From: a virus | IMG/VR virus record: IMGVR_UViG_3300037070_006409 | Location: 12,205-76,204 of that record | Length of the DNA: 64,000 nucleotides | Direction: 5' to 3' (one strand) | Shown here: piece by piece, positions 27,922-38,217 of the stretch | How the letters are laid out: each line of letters opens with the position of its first letter | Numbering within the stretch: the first letter of the stretch is position 1 | Notes under the pieces: generated by a model | What the model was told of the DNA's origin: nothing | Databases searched by the model: none | Seen by the model: only the letters and a program-made list of their open reading frames with translations | Program-made: the position numbers and the translations under genes

Positions 27922-28425
27922 ATGGCAAAAGACAAGCCCGAGATCGAAGACAGGGGCAAGACCCGCGACGGGAAAGAGAACGGCAATGGCGGCTCGATCG
28001 CCGATCGCGCCGAGGACCCACCTGTCCCCGAGGTCACCCCGCAGCCCCTCGGCCCCAGCGGCACGATCCCGATGCCGAAAATGCCGGGGCGCAAGCAGCC
28101 CCCGACCCGGATCATGGTCAAGGTCACCGAAGCCAAGTGCGAGGGCGCCGGTCAGCTTGACGAGGAGGCGGAGATCCTTCTCATCGTCCGCGGGAAGTAC
28201 AAGAAGGCAACCACCGAACCGCAGTTCGACGGCGACGGCAGGGTGACCTCTCGCGACTACGTGCAGATGGTCCGGCCCACCTGGGTCGAGGACTTCGATG
28301 TCTTCCTCGCCGCCAATGGCCTCAAGGTCGTGCCGCTGGACGAGGCTGGGGAGGCAGTCGAGACCAGCAGCCTCCTCAACATCGAGGAGAGGCGCGTGGA
28401 GCGGCAGGGAGGCGCTCTCGACTGA
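27922..28425 (+). CDS. Hypothetical protein
   Basis: TAAGGAG RBS; strong coding bias. Confidence 0.65.
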   Translation: MAKDKPEIEDRGKTRDGKENGNGGSIADRAEDPPVPEVTPQPLGPSGTIPMPKMPGRKQPPTRIMVKVTEAKCEGAGQLDEEAEILLIVRGKYKKATTEPQFDGDGRVTSRDYVQMVRPTWVEDFDVFLAANGLKVVPLDEAGEAVETSSLLNIEERRVERQGGALD

Positions 28426-28439
28426 CGAATAGGGAGAGC

Positions 28440-28490
28440 GGGGTCACCGCCGACGCTCAGCCACCGCGAGCGTGGGAGGGCGGTGACCCC
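28440..28490. other. Long hairpin upstream of the replication genes
   Basis: Perfect 12-bp outer stem GGGGTCACCGCC/GGCGGTGACCCC and 6-bp inner stem ACGCTC/GAGCGT. Confidence 0.8.
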
Positions 28491-28529
28491 TCTATCCTTC
28501 TGCCACCCGAACCCAGAAGGAGCGAAGCG

Positions 28530-29369
28530 ATGAGCATCGAGGCAGTGGTCGCCGTCGATCAGCACGCGACCGGCAGTGACGCCGAGAGGCTGATGCTGCG
28601 GGTCCTCGCTGAGTGGGCGAACCCCCGCGGCGTCATCGCCGACATTCACCCCGAGGACCTCACCGTCCCGATGGGCAAGAACACCCGCGGCGTCTCCGGT
28701 GTGAAGTCACGGTTGAAGAAATCCGGTCAGCTCATCGTGCTGGCCGAGGCTCACGGTGACCACGGTGAGGACTACGTGATCGCCCTTCCCGGTCTCGCCG
28801 GCCAGCCCCCCCCCGAGCCGGAGCCGGTCGAGGTCCCCGACGACCGCCCTGACTCGGTGAAGGCGAAAGCCTGGCGGGGGTTCTGGGAGGCGACCGATGG
28901 CCTGGTCCCGACCTCCGTGACGCTCTCCAGCGGCGAGATCCCCGATCCCGACCCCGACAACGCAGTAATGACGGACGCCCTCGACCTGCTCCGCCAGAAA
29001 CGTAAGGTCGCGGAAAAGCTGGTCACACCCCGCGAGCTGGCGCTCGCCACCGTCTGCATCATTACCTTCAACCACTGCTTCGAGTGGGAAGGCAAAAAGG
29101 GCAGCGACTATGGCCTCGGTGCCAACCTCACCGAGATCGTGATGCGCGTCCGCGACCGCCCGAGTTGGGACGCCGCAGCGCACAAGCGGCTGGTCGAGTC
29201 AGCATGGCGAATTCGGTGGTGGGAGAAGCGCTCTGGCGCCCGTCGTCCGAGTCCGAGCGTAATTTGGTCTCCGAAGTCCTTTGAGCAGGTCGTGCAAGAT
29301 GCGATCGCAGAGAAGGAAAAAGGCGAGCAGACGAGCCGGCGCCGCTACACGCGGAGCGCTGAGGGATGA
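28530..29369 (+). CDS. Putative replication initiator (N-terminal winged HTH, Pro-rich linker)
   Basis: ERLMLRVLAEWAN..G...L...MG...V...L...G.L pattern; directly upstream of a DnaC-like loader. Confidence 0.65.
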   Translation: MSIEAVVAVDQHATGSDAERLMLRVLAEWANPRGVIADIHPEDLTVPMGKNTRGVSGVKSRLKKSGQLIVLAEAHGDHGEDYVIALPGLAGQPPPEPEPVEVPDDRPDSVKAKAWRGFWEATDGLVPTSVTLSSGEIPDPDPDNAVMTDALDLLRQKRKVAEKLVTPRELALATVCIITFNHCFEWEGKKGSDYGLGANLTEIVMRVRDRPSWDAAAHKRLVESAWRIRWWEKRSGARRPSPSVIWSPKSFEQVVQDAIAEKEKGEQTSRRRYTRSAEG

Positions 29370-30175
29370 ATGAGCGACCTACCGAGACCATTCGCATCAC
29401 CGGCAAGTGCGACGAGTGCGGCACCCCGGTTGATCGCTCCGTGCCCGTCTTCGTCGGCGGTCGCTTCGGCGACCTCCTGGTAAAGCACTACCGCGAACAG
29501 GCCACTGGCCTCGTCCCCGTCTACTGTGACCTCCACGAGGAGGACAGTGAGGAGCGCAAACGCGCCGAGCGCTCGGCGGTACGGCGCCTCGACTCTCGCT
29601 ACAACCGGGCCGGCGTGCCCCAGCGCTTCCGGGAGGTCGAATGGGACGACTTCACCGACGTGGAACCTGGCTGCAGGGAGGCCCTGGAGGCTGTGCGCGC
29701 CTTCGCCGATGGTGACCGCAAGATGGGCCTGTGCCTCTGGGGCAATCTCGGGGTCGGCAAGACGATGATGATGGGCACCGTGGCGACGGTGCTGATCCGC
29801 TCGCAGATCCGGGTGCGCTGGATCGACGTGGCGCGCCTGCTCACCGACCTCCGTGGCGGTTTCAACACCCGTCCCTACAAACGAGCCTTCGCGCAGCTCG
29901 ACCCCGCCGAGCCGGGCGAGGTGCTGATGCTCGATGACCTCGACAAGACGATCGCCACCGACCGCGAGGTGCAGCCGCTGTACGTGGCGATCAACGAGTG
30001 GAGCAATGCCGGCAACCCGATCCTGGTCACCGCGAACCGCCACCTCGACCACCTCGCCGAGGACCTCGGTGACCGCTATGGCGAGCCGATCGCCTCACGG
30101 CTGGTCGGCTCCTGCATCGACATCGAGGTGCGCGGCCGCGATCGCCGGCTGGATGAGGTCGGGGTCGCGGCGTGA
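29366..30175 (+). CDS. DnaC/IstB-like AAA+ helicase loader
   Basis: GVPQRF...WDDF, Walker A GNLGVGKT, Walker B LMLDDL, ILVTAN. Confidence 0.88.
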   Translation: MNERPTETIRITGKCDECGTPVDRSVPVFVGGRFGDLLVKHYREQATGLVPVYCDLHEEDSEERKRAERSAVRRLDSRYNRAGVPQRFREVEWDDFTDVEPGCREALEAVRAFADGDRKMGLCLWGNLGVGKTMMMGTVATVLIRSQIRVRWIDVARLLTDLRGGFNTRPYKRAFAQLDPAEPGEVLMLDDLDKTIATDREVQPLYVAINEWSNAGNPILVTANRHLDHLAEDLGDRYGEPIASRLVGSCIDIEVRGRDRRLDEVGVAA

Positions 30176-30810
30176 GCTGGCCGCCGCAGCTCTCCGAGCT
30201 GCTTTTCCACGGCGAGGTCGTAGGCGATCCGAAAACGGCCGGCTCCAAGCGGGCCGGGGCCGTGCGCTCTACGAAAGCACCTAACCCTCACACCGGCAAA
30301 CCGGACGGTAGGAGGCACGCCGTGCCGGTGTCTGCACGTGACGGCGGCACCACGGTGCGCACCTATGTCGCCGACTCCTCCGGCGAACCGGGGAAAAGCT
30401 GGCGCGGCGACATCCAGCGCGCCGTGCAGCAGATGCGCGAGGAAGTCGAGGGCATCGCCGCCGCCACCCAGGTCTACGAGTGCCCGCTGGTCCTGGAGGT
30501 CGTCTTCTTCCGGCCCCGCAACAAAGGCGACTACGGCACCGGGGCGGGCAGCTCGCACACCGTCAAGGACTCCGCGCCGGCCTTCCCGGTAACGCGCCCC
30601 GACGGCACCAAGCTCGTGCGCGCCTTCGAGGACGCGCTCACCTCTGTCATCTGGAAGGACGACTCGCTCATCGTCAGCCTGCGGTGGGACAAGCGCTTCG
30701 TCGGCCGCGGCATCGCCCCCAGCGTCGAGTTCAAGCTCTGGAAGCTGCCGGCGACCGTGGGCGAGAAGCGCCTCGCCGAAGCCGGGCAGGAGCAGGCGAC
30801 GCTCGTCTAG
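30172..30810 (+). CDS. rusA: RusA-like Holliday junction resolvase
   Basis: GDPKTAGSKR, FFRPR, RPDGTKLVRAFEDALT..IWKDDSLIV. Confidence 0.85.
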   Translation: MSWPPQLSELLFHGEVVGDPKTAGSKRAGAVRSTKAPNPHTGKPDGRRHAVPVSARDGGTTVRTYVADSSGEPGKSWRGDIQRAVQQMREEVEGIAAATQVYECPLVLEVVFFRPRNKGDYGTGAGSSHTVKDSAPAFPVTRPDGTKLVRAFEDALTSVIWKDDSLIVSLRWDKRFVGRGIAPSVEFKLWKLPATVGEKRLAEAGQEQATLV

Positions 30811-30821
30811 TCTCTCGCCCT

Positions 30822-30850
30822 GGTAAGCTCCTGACCACTTCACCACCCGA
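30822..30850 (+). promoter_or_regulatory. GGTAAG-CTC-CTGACC + CACCACCCGA element
   Basis: Followed by the TAGGAGG RBS and ATG 30866. Confidence 0.65.
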
Positions 30851-30865
30851 CGATAGGAGGATGCG

Positions 30866-31054
30866 ATGGTCGATCGAGCCGTGTGCGCTGGCGCCGCGGT
30901 CGGAGCGGGACTTCTGCTGATCGTGCAGCAGGTCTTCGCCGACACCCCCACCTGGGGCCTGATGCTGATCGGGATCGTGCTCGTGGTGCTGGGCATCGTC
31001 GGCTGGAGCGACCTGCGGGAAGAGGCCTTCGCGCCTCGGGAGAACCGCTCGTGA
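30866..31054 (+). CDS. Small membrane protein
   Basis: Two hydrophobic segments; strong RBS. Confidence 0.6.
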   Translation: MVDRAVCAGAAVGAGLLLIVQQVFADTPTWGLMLIGIVLVVLGIVGWSDLREEAFAPRENRS

Positions 31055-31386
31055 ACATCGGTAACCGCTACATCGACGCCGACCGGCTGCTGGAGCAGAT
31101 CAACCTTGACGACCTGCACACGGCCAACGGGGCGTCGCTGACGCCCTGGCAGAAAGTCGAGCGCTGGCTCAAGCGCCAGCCCCGCGTCCCGGCCCTGGTC
31201 AGCGGCCAGGGCGCCGCCAAGATCATCGGCATCCCCCCACCGCATCTCTCGCGCTACCAGGACCGGCTCAACCCGATCCAGGTGGAGGGCACCCGCTGGC
31301 CGGTCTACGTGAAGTCCGAAGTCGAGGACCTCGCGAAGGAGATCAAGCGCGAGAAAGCTGCCAAGCAAAAAGCTGCGAAGAGCTGA
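31051..31386 (+). CDS. HTH DNA-binding protein (excisionase/MerR-like)
   Basis: LVSGQGAAKIIGIPPPHLSRY...YVKSEVEDL; GTGA overlap start. Confidence 0.55.
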   Translation: MNIGNRYIDADRLLEQINLDDLHTANGASLTPWQKVERWLKRQPRVPALVSGQGAAKIIGIPPPHLSRYQDRLNPIQVEGTRWPVYVKSEVEDLAKEIKREKAAKQKAAKS

Positions 31387-31400
31387 GGAGGCCTTCCCCT

Positions 31401-32432
31401 ATGAGCACCACCACCGTCAGCCGCACCTCGAACACCACGACACTCCGCATCGGGCCGGTGAAGACGCCGATCGCCCTCTACAAGATCACGAGCGAGTCGG
31501 CCGCGAAGGCCCGCAAGTGGGACCTCGCCGATGGCGACGGCGAACCGTGGTCCCCCCCCGCCGCGGCCGCCACTCCGCCCGAGCCGCAGGGTGAGCCGCT
31601 CGGCGCCCCCGCCGCGCCCGTCGGTGGGGCAGTAGCAGGCGGCCCGCCGCCGGCTGCCGGCGAAGGCGAGGAGCCGCCGCAGGGTGAGCCGCAGGGCGGT
31701 GGCGCTCCGATCGGCGGAGCCGTTCCGCCCGCGGGGCAGGCCGAGGAGCCGCCGGTCGGTGAGGAGGAGGCCGAGGAGGAGGCACAGCCGCGCAAGGGCA
31801 TCCGCAAGGCCGACGGCGCCTTCGTTGACCTCACCGATCAGATCGGGGAGATCGCCGAGCGCGCCACGCTGGAAGAGATGCGGGTTGTCTCCTTCATCGA
31901 CGTGCGCCACGTGCCGCGGGAGCGGGTCATCGCCGCCTACTACCTGGCAGGCGACTCGATGAACGAGGCGGCCAGCGCCGATTCCGACACCTGGCCCCCC
32001 GGCCGCCTGCTCCGCGTGATTAGCACGGCGATGCGCTCCACCCAGAAGGTCGCCGTGGTCCGCTTCACGAAGCGCAAAGGGCAGGCGCTCGGCGTGCTCA
32101 CCTGGCGCCGCGACGGTGCCCTCGTGCTGCTGGAGCTGGCCTTCGCCGCTCAGGTCCGGCGCCCGAACGGCAAATGCCTCGCACACACGAAGGCCGAGGT
32201 GGTCTCCCCCGGTGCGGTCAAGGGCGCGATCGAGCTGATCGAGGCGATGGCCGCCAAGCGCGACTCCCTCGACGGCATCCGCGACGCGAGGGTCGTGATG
32301 GAGGACGAACTGATCGCCCGCGCCGAGGCCGGCGAGCTAGACGACTACGAGCTGGTCGCCGACCTCGACGTGGCCGAGGAGACCGAGCAGCTCGGCGCTC
32401 TCCTGGCAGAGGCCGCGAAGGTGACTGCCTGA
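31401..32432 (+). CDS. ku: Ku-like DNA end-binding protein with low-complexity insertion
   Basis: LRIGPVKTPIALY...RKG...FVDLT...VVSFID...YYL...AM...KVAVVRF...L.LLEL.FAAQVR follows the bacterial Ku core. Confidence 0.75.
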   Translation: MSTTTVSRTSNTTTLRIGPVKTPIALYKITSESAAKARKWDLADGDGEPWSPPAAAATPPEPQGEPLGAPAAPVGGAVAGGPPPAAGEGEEPPQGEPQGGGAPIGGAVPPAGQAEEPPVGEEEAEEEAQPRKGIRKADGAFVDLTDQIGEIAERATLEEMRVVSFIDVRHVPRERVIAAYYLAGDSMNEAASADSDTWPPGRLLRVISTAMRSTQKVAVVRFTKRKGQALGVLTWRRDGALVLLELAFAAQVRRPNGKCLAHTKAEVVSPGAVKGAIELIEAMAAKRDSLDGIRDARVVMEDELIARAEAGELDDYELVADLDVAEETEQLGALLAEAAKVTA

Positions 32433-35303
32433 TGGCCGCGAAGAGAAGGATGGGCGCTCCCCCGGATCTACCGGAGGAGGCGCTGGTAGACGAGTTTGAG
32501 TTTCGGGCGGCTATCGCTGCTCAGGTTGGTTGCGAGGCTCGGTCCTCAGAAGCCGCCGAGTTCTGCACGGGTGAGAATTGTGCCTTTATTGAAGCGGCCC
32601 AAGCCCTCCAAGCCGCCGCCCCCGCCATCCGCAAGCAGGAGCGGGAGCGGGTGAGGGAGGACCTACGCGACCCTCTGGCGCAGGCCATTCACGAGCGGCA
32701 CGGGGGGTTGCCCTGGTCTGACCTCGGGGATCGCGAACGTCACGGGTATCGCCGCGAAGCGGAAGAGGCCCTCGCCGCCCTCGACCAGGAGGCTTCCGAT
32801 GGCTGAGGGTCGGATCGTCGCTCACCAGCACAATTGCCGCTGCAAGGGCTGCCAGGAAGCTCGCAAGCGAGAACGAGCGGGTGAACAGGAACGGACGCCG
32901 CCCTGGCCGCCAGCGAAACTGAAAGGAACCCCTCATGCCTGAGGGAACCCAGGACAGTCCGAAGGAGCGGTGTGGCGGAAGCGGGCGCATCTATCCGGCC
33001 GGGGCTGCGCCGGACTACCCATGCCCCGGCTGCCCCGACTGCACCCAGGACAGTTCGAAGGTGCCGGAGAAGCCATGGCCGCGAGTGGTTCTGCGGCGGC
33101 CTTTCCACGGCGCGGCCGACGACATACGAAGCTACTCGGTGCTCCCCGTTGGACATGAACGACCGCCCGAGCCAGGCGAACGCGAAGCCGAAACCTACAT
33201 CCCCGTCTCCGCGCTGCTCTCCGATGAGATTGTAGAGGCGGTGGCTCGGCGTCGGTGGAACGCGAGACGCGAGGCCATCATCCAAAGCGGCAGCGCCGAG
33301 GGTCCTGGCGCGGCCTGGGACGACATTGAGCCGGACCCGCGCAATGGTCATGACGCTCGTGCGTCGGATTGGAATGCAGCACGAGACTTCGCTGCCGACC
33401 TCCAGGCCGCCATAGAGCAGGTAGGAGGTACCAACCGTGCCTAGCTCAGGCGAGGCAACAGTTCGCCGCTACCGCGAGCTTCCCCCGGAGGAGGTCGTGG
33501 AAGCGTTCAAGTTCGAGGGCGTCTTTCCGCTCGATTTCCTGACTGAGAAAGAGCAGGTCCGCAAGGCTCGCGACGGCGACTTCGCAATCGAAATCGTGGA
33601 CATCGCGACCGGGGAAACCTGGATCGGAGTTCGCGAGGGCGAGTACGTGGTCCGCTTCCCGACGCTTGGCCTGCGCAACTACCAGGCCGATTCCTTTGAG
33701 GATGGCTTCGAGCAGGTAGGAGGTGGTCAGGGTGGGTGATCGCATCGGGGGTCAGCTCGCCCGCGAAGCACCGAAACGCATCCGAGAGGAAGCACAGCGA
33801 CGACGCGCCGAGCGTGAGCAACGCAAGGTCACGGTGACGCTCACCGAGGCTGAGGCTAGGGCACTGCTTCGCTTCGACATGGACCCGCCGCCTGAGTGGC
33901 TCAGCGCCGAGACCAAGCTACGTGCCGTTCTCGCAGGAGGCAAAGACCAGTGAGCGACCGCAAGCTGGTTTCGAAAAGGCGCCACCGGGTCTACTGCGCC
34001 GCTCCTATCCAGTGCGGCTGGAAGGGCTACCGGATCTCCGATCGCCTTGGCGTTCAGCCCGCTTCGTGCCCTCGTTGCGAGGGGCAGGTGGTCCGATGAG
34101 CGACCGCACACAGATGCTCTCGGTGGAGCGACTAGAGGCGTTGGCCAGAGACTTCGAGGCCGGCGGCGCGGCGGAACGCGACGCCGATGAGCCAGGCGTG
34201 CCGTCGAGCGTCTATTACGACTGTGCGGAGAAGCTCCGCGCCGCCCTCTCCCAGCCAGAGCAAGAGGACCACGTCTGCTCGATTCATTCCCATGAGGCAA
34301 CGGGCGGCGCAGTCGCAAGTTGCTCCTGTGGGTGGAAGGGCAAAGTTTGCGTTGACCGAGTCTCGGCTGAGCGGAGTGTTGACACGCATCGCGCAGCACG
34401 CCCTTCTCAGCCAGAGCACCAGGGGGAGAACGGATCGGTTCGCGATGCGGCGACGGAGGTGCTGGCACTCATGGACGAGTCCGAGTCCTCTTCGAAGCTC
34501 AGCCGAGACGAGTGGGTACAACAGGGCGAGCGTTTCTTTGCCGCCAAGGACGCTCTCGCCGCTGCTCTTGCCCACCCCCACCCCCCCACCCCAGTACTTA
34601 GCGACGAGGAGGGGGAGCGGCTGGAGGAGATCGCATACGGCCTCGAAACCGGCTACTTCCGCGACGAGTCCTCGGTTGTGGTCAAGTTCGCATCTGATGC
34701 CGCCGACCTCCTCCGCAACCTCGCCTCTCGGGGGCGGGGGTGGAGTCGAGGGGGGCAGTACGAGCGTTGCCCACGCTGCAACAGGCCCGGCACCCCACGG
34801 GGGAACTTCCGCGAAGGGACGGAGTGGAACTGCGAGAGCTGCGGCCTGCCGTTCAAGGTGATCGATCCCAAACCCCCGGAGGGAGCAGTTAAATGAGCAG
34901 CTCCAGCACAACGAGGCAAAGGACCCAGAAGGAGAGCACTGAGCCGACGGAGCGCGTGGTGCTGGCTGGCTTCGAGCTATCCTCGGAGAAGGTTGCCGAC
35001 CTCCTGATCGAAGCCGGCTATGGGCAGACGCCCGACACGCTTGTCGGCGATGACAAAGGCAAGCGCCAGAAGCTGCGCGAGCAGGTTCTCAAGCAGCTCG
35101 CACAGAACGGCAACGGCAAAGTCGAGGTCTTCGCCGAGGTCGGGACGATACGCGGTGCCGACAAACGCAAGGCGATCGAGCAGCACGTCGGCGAGAACAC
35201 CCTCGGTCTCTACCGCGCACCCAACCGCTCCGCCTGGAAGGGCGTCGTGGAGAAGCGCCCCCCGAAACAGACCGCCCCGGAAGTCACCGTCCGCGACGAC
35301 TAG
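32432..35303 (+). other. Cluster of coupled small hypothetical ORFs (32432-32806, 32935-33444, 33437-33739, 33732-33953, 33950-34099, 34096-34896, 34893-35303)
   Basis: Overlapping start/stop codons, GGAGG RBSs, several CxxC motifs; no family recognised. Confidence 0.6.
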
Positions 35304-35312
35304 CCTCACTGC

Positions 35313-36116
35313 ATGGCCCCGAAGAAGAAGACGAAGGCTGCCGCCAAGGGCAAGGCGGCGGCCCGGGGCAGGGTGCCAGGGAAGAGCAAAACCCCGAAAA
35401 AACCTGCTCAGAAATCAGCTCGAAAACCTGATCGAAAAGCTGGCAAATCGACCACCGCCGGCAAAGGGAAACCCGACAAGCGCAAGCGCAAGGGACCCGC
35501 CCGAGGCAAAGCCCGCAAACCCGGCAAGCGCCTCAGCGCGGCGCAGAAAAGCGTCCGCGACACCCTCATGCTCACCCGGAAGATCCAGGGATGGACCTGG
35601 GAGGAGCTGGCGGCCGAGCACAAGCTCTCGGTCACCGCCGTCCGGGAAGCCGTCGAGAAGAAGCGCAAAAGCCTGCCGAAGCTCCTCGACAAGGAGGCGG
35701 CCGAGATCATCGAGGACTTCGTGCTCGAACTCCAGGTGTCGATCGGCGACTTCGAGAAGATTGCCTCAGCGGCAATGGAGGGCGCCAACCTCCCCGTCGC
35801 CGTCGGCGCCAAGGCCCGCGCCGACGCTGCCCGCGACCAGCTCCGCGAACTGCTCCAGTCCGTCGGCACCCTGCCCCACGACCTCGGCACCCTCACCTGG
35901 GTCATTGACATCCGCGCTGTCGTGGTAGAGATCAACGGTGCGGTGGAGGGGTTCGCCGAGTCGATGCGCGCCCTCGGCCTGCCCAAGGACAAGCAGCAGC
36001 AGATGGACGAAGGTGTGGCGAGGGTCGTCGGCCGTCTGGACGAGATCGCCACGAGTCCCCAGACTGTTACTTCAAGCACCACCGAGAACGGAGGAGATCC
36101 CGATGGGACCCAATGA
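35313..36116 (+). CDS. Lys-rich HTH protein, candidate terminase small subunit
   Basis: Histone-like N-terminal ~75 aa, HTH (GWTWEELAAEHKLSVTAVREAV), then helical region typical of some TerS; assignment uncertain. Confidence 0.4.
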   Translation: MAPKKKTKAAAKGKAAARGRVPGKSKTPKKPAQKSARKPDRKAGKSTTAGKGKPDKRKRKGPARGKARKPGKRLSAAQKSVRDTLMLTRKIQGWTWEELAAEHKLSVTAVREAVEKKRKSLPKLLDKEAAEIIEDFVLELQVSIGDFEKIASAAMEGANLPVAVGAKARADAARDQLRELLQSVGTLPHDLGTLTWVIDIRAVVVEINGAVEGFAESMRALGLPKDKQQQMDEGVARVVGRLDEIATSPQTVTSSTTENGGDPDGTQ

Positions 36117-36622
36117 GGACGAGAAAGCCAAGGAGGGCGAGCGCATCGACCTCGATGAGCACGATCGCCTTGACGAGCGCGAGGGTCAGCTAGGCCCGCC
36201 GCCACCCCGCAAACCGGAAGGCCCGCCCGAGGCCGACGATGAGCGCCCCGCAGCCGCGTAAGCGCAAACGCAGCGGTGGACTGCTCGGCAAGATCTCCGG
36301 GCAGTTCACCAACGCGGGCAAGATCGGCGGCTCGATCGACCCGAGCACCCGGCTGATCGACCCGAAAGACGCGATGCTGCTCGGCAACGTCTCCGTTGCC
36401 GAGATGGGTATGGAGCGCGATGGCGGCGGCGAGCTGGTCATCGCGATCGAGCTGCGCGGCAAGATCAACACCACGGGCAAGGAGGTCAACCCGCTGGTCT
36501 TGGCCTCACCCGACGGCGCGGCTCTGCTCGTCGCCCAGATCATCGGCCTGGTTCGCAACGGCCGTACCGGCCCGGAGTTCGACCATGCCCTCGCTGCTCG
36601 GATGGAAGAAGCCATTGACTGA
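36103..36622 (+). other. Two hypothetical ORFs (36103-36261, 36239-36622)
   Basis: GGAGG RBS and coding bias. Confidence 0.5.
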
Positions 36623-36665
36623 GGGGCGCGCTGAAACGAGCGTGCGGGGACAGCGCGGCCGTGGC

Positions 36666-37190
36666 ATGGGTGGACACGCTGTGCCTAATGGTGGCCTGAG
36701 CAATGAGTGGTATACGCCGCCGGACCTCTTCGGGGCATTGTCGATCGACTTCGACCTCGACCCCTGTCATCCCGCCGAGCGTCTGGCCTGGGTACCGGCC
36801 GCCCGCACCTACTGCCTCGCCGATGACGGTCTTTCACAACCCTGGGATGGGAAGGTGTGGATGAACCCTCCTTATGGGCGAGAGACCGATGCCTGGTTGG
36901 AGCGTTTCGTGGAGCACGGCAATGGCATCGCGCTGATCTTCGCGCGCACCGAGACGGAGTGGTTCCACCGCTCGGCGCTCTCCGTCGAGATGTGGTGCTT
37001 CATTCGTGGCCGCCTCACCTTTGTCCATGCCAACGGCGAGCCGTCGCAGTTCAACGCGGGGGCACCGTCGATGCTCTTGGCAATGGGGCGGGAGTGCTGT
37101 GAGGCCGTGGCTGGCTCTGGCCTCGGCATCACAGTCGGAGTCAACGAGCGGGTTCCGCGGGCGCAGGCAACGATCTGGAGCCTCCGGTGA
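36666..37190 (+). CDS. Phage Dam-family DNA N6-adenine methyltransferase
   Basis: EWYTPP...FDLDPC...DGLSQPW...VWMNPPYG...ARTETEWFH. Confidence 0.88.
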   Translation: MGGHAVPNGGLSNEWYTPPDLFGALSIDFDLDPCHPAERLAWVPAARTYCLADDGLSQPWDGKVWMNPPYGRETDAWLERFVEHGNGIALIFARTETEWFHRSALSVEMWCFIRGRLTFVHANGEPSQFNAGAPSMLLAMGRECCEAVAGSGLGITVGVNERVPRAQATIWSLR

Positions 37191-37684
37191 CGGACGAGAT
37201 CACCGGAGGTCTCCGCCGCCGCCTCGAACGCCGCACGATCAGTCCGGAAGGGCAGGGCCAGCGCACCTTCCTCTTCTTCGAGGTGGCGATCAACGGGCGC
37301 CGCGCTGACGCAATCTCGCTAGAGCTGTGGCGCTCTCGCGGGCACCTGATCCAAGGCTACGAGATTAAGGCCTCGCGCGCCGACTGGCTCAACGAGCTGC
37401 GCGATCCCGAGAAGGCCGTCCCAGCCTGCTCGGTCTGCGATCGCTTCTGGCTCGTGACCCCGCCTGACATCGTGCGCGAGGGCGAGGTCCCCGAGCATTG
37501 GGGACACCTCGTCGCCGAGCCGACCGGCTATCTGCGGCCCTTCCGCGTCGCCAAGAAGGCCCCGGAGCTGTCCGCCCTCCTCGACCGCTCCTTCTTCCTC
37601 ACCCTGATGAAGCTCGCTTGGTATGACGGCGCAGGCCGCCCCGAGATCGCCCTCGATCGACCGAAAGGACTGATCCCCCGATGA
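37187..37684 (+). CDS. MmcB-like PD-(D/E)XK nuclease
   Basis: RRADAI...GYEIKASRADWLNEL..PEK...CDRFWLVTP...EVPEHWG. Confidence 0.7.
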   Translation: MTDEITGGLRRRLERRTISPEGQGQRTFLFFEVAINGRRADAISLELWRSRGHLIQGYEIKASRADWLNELRDPEKAVPACSVCDRFWLVTPPDIVREGEVPEHWGHLVAEPTGYLRPFRVAKKAPELSALLDRSFFLTLMKLAWYDGAGRPEIALDRPKGLIPR

Positions 37685-38121
37685 CGCACAACACCCAGGG
37701 CAAGGGGAGGGTCTATCTGCTAAGCGATGAGTTCCGCCCGTTCTCCAATGGCGAGGAATTCCGCCAGTGGCTCGCCCAGAACTGTGAGCGCGGGCACAAA
37801 GGTTGCCGCCGCTACAACCCGGAGGCGAGCAGTTCACGGCACGGCTGCCCGATAGAGGTCGCGCTTGCCAAGGCCTCCATCTCAGACGGCACGATCCCGG
37901 CTCGCACCGCACTTCGGGGCGGCTTCCTCGAAGCGGGAGCCAATGGTCAACTGGTCCAGCCCGACGAGCCATCTGGAGAGTGCCCGGAGTACAAGGGCTA
38001 TGACGAGTCCGATGACAGGCCCCGCCGTGGCCCTCGCCCGCCTGCCGGCCAGGAAGACCTACTCGACCCGCGCAACGCTCCCACGCATGCCCCCTCAACA
38101 CAGGGGGTATCGGGGCGATGA
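37681..38121 (+). CDS. Hypothetical Cys-containing protein
   Basis: FSNGEEF..W...NC..C; ATGA overlap. Confidence 0.6.
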   Translation: MTHNTQGKGRVYLLSDEFRPFSNGEEFRQWLAQNCERGHKGCRRYNPEASSSRHGCPIEVALAKASISDGTIPARTALRGGFLEAGANGQLVQPDEPSGECPEYKGYDESDDRPRRGPRPPAGQEDLLDPRNAPTHAPSTQGVSGR

Positions 38122-38130
38122 TCCTATAGC

Positions 38131-38217
38131 GGTAAGCTTCTTACCAACCTGCCTCGATTTGTGTTAGGCTGCCCCCAGCACCACCCGAACCCGACTTCCT
38201 GATGGAGGCGAAGATGA
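38131..38217 (+). promoter_or_regulatory. GGTAAG-CTT-CTTACC, TAGGCT -10-like hexamer and CACCACCCGAACCCGAC leader
   Basis: 38183-38217 is identical to 61099-61133 (35 bp). Confidence 0.7.
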
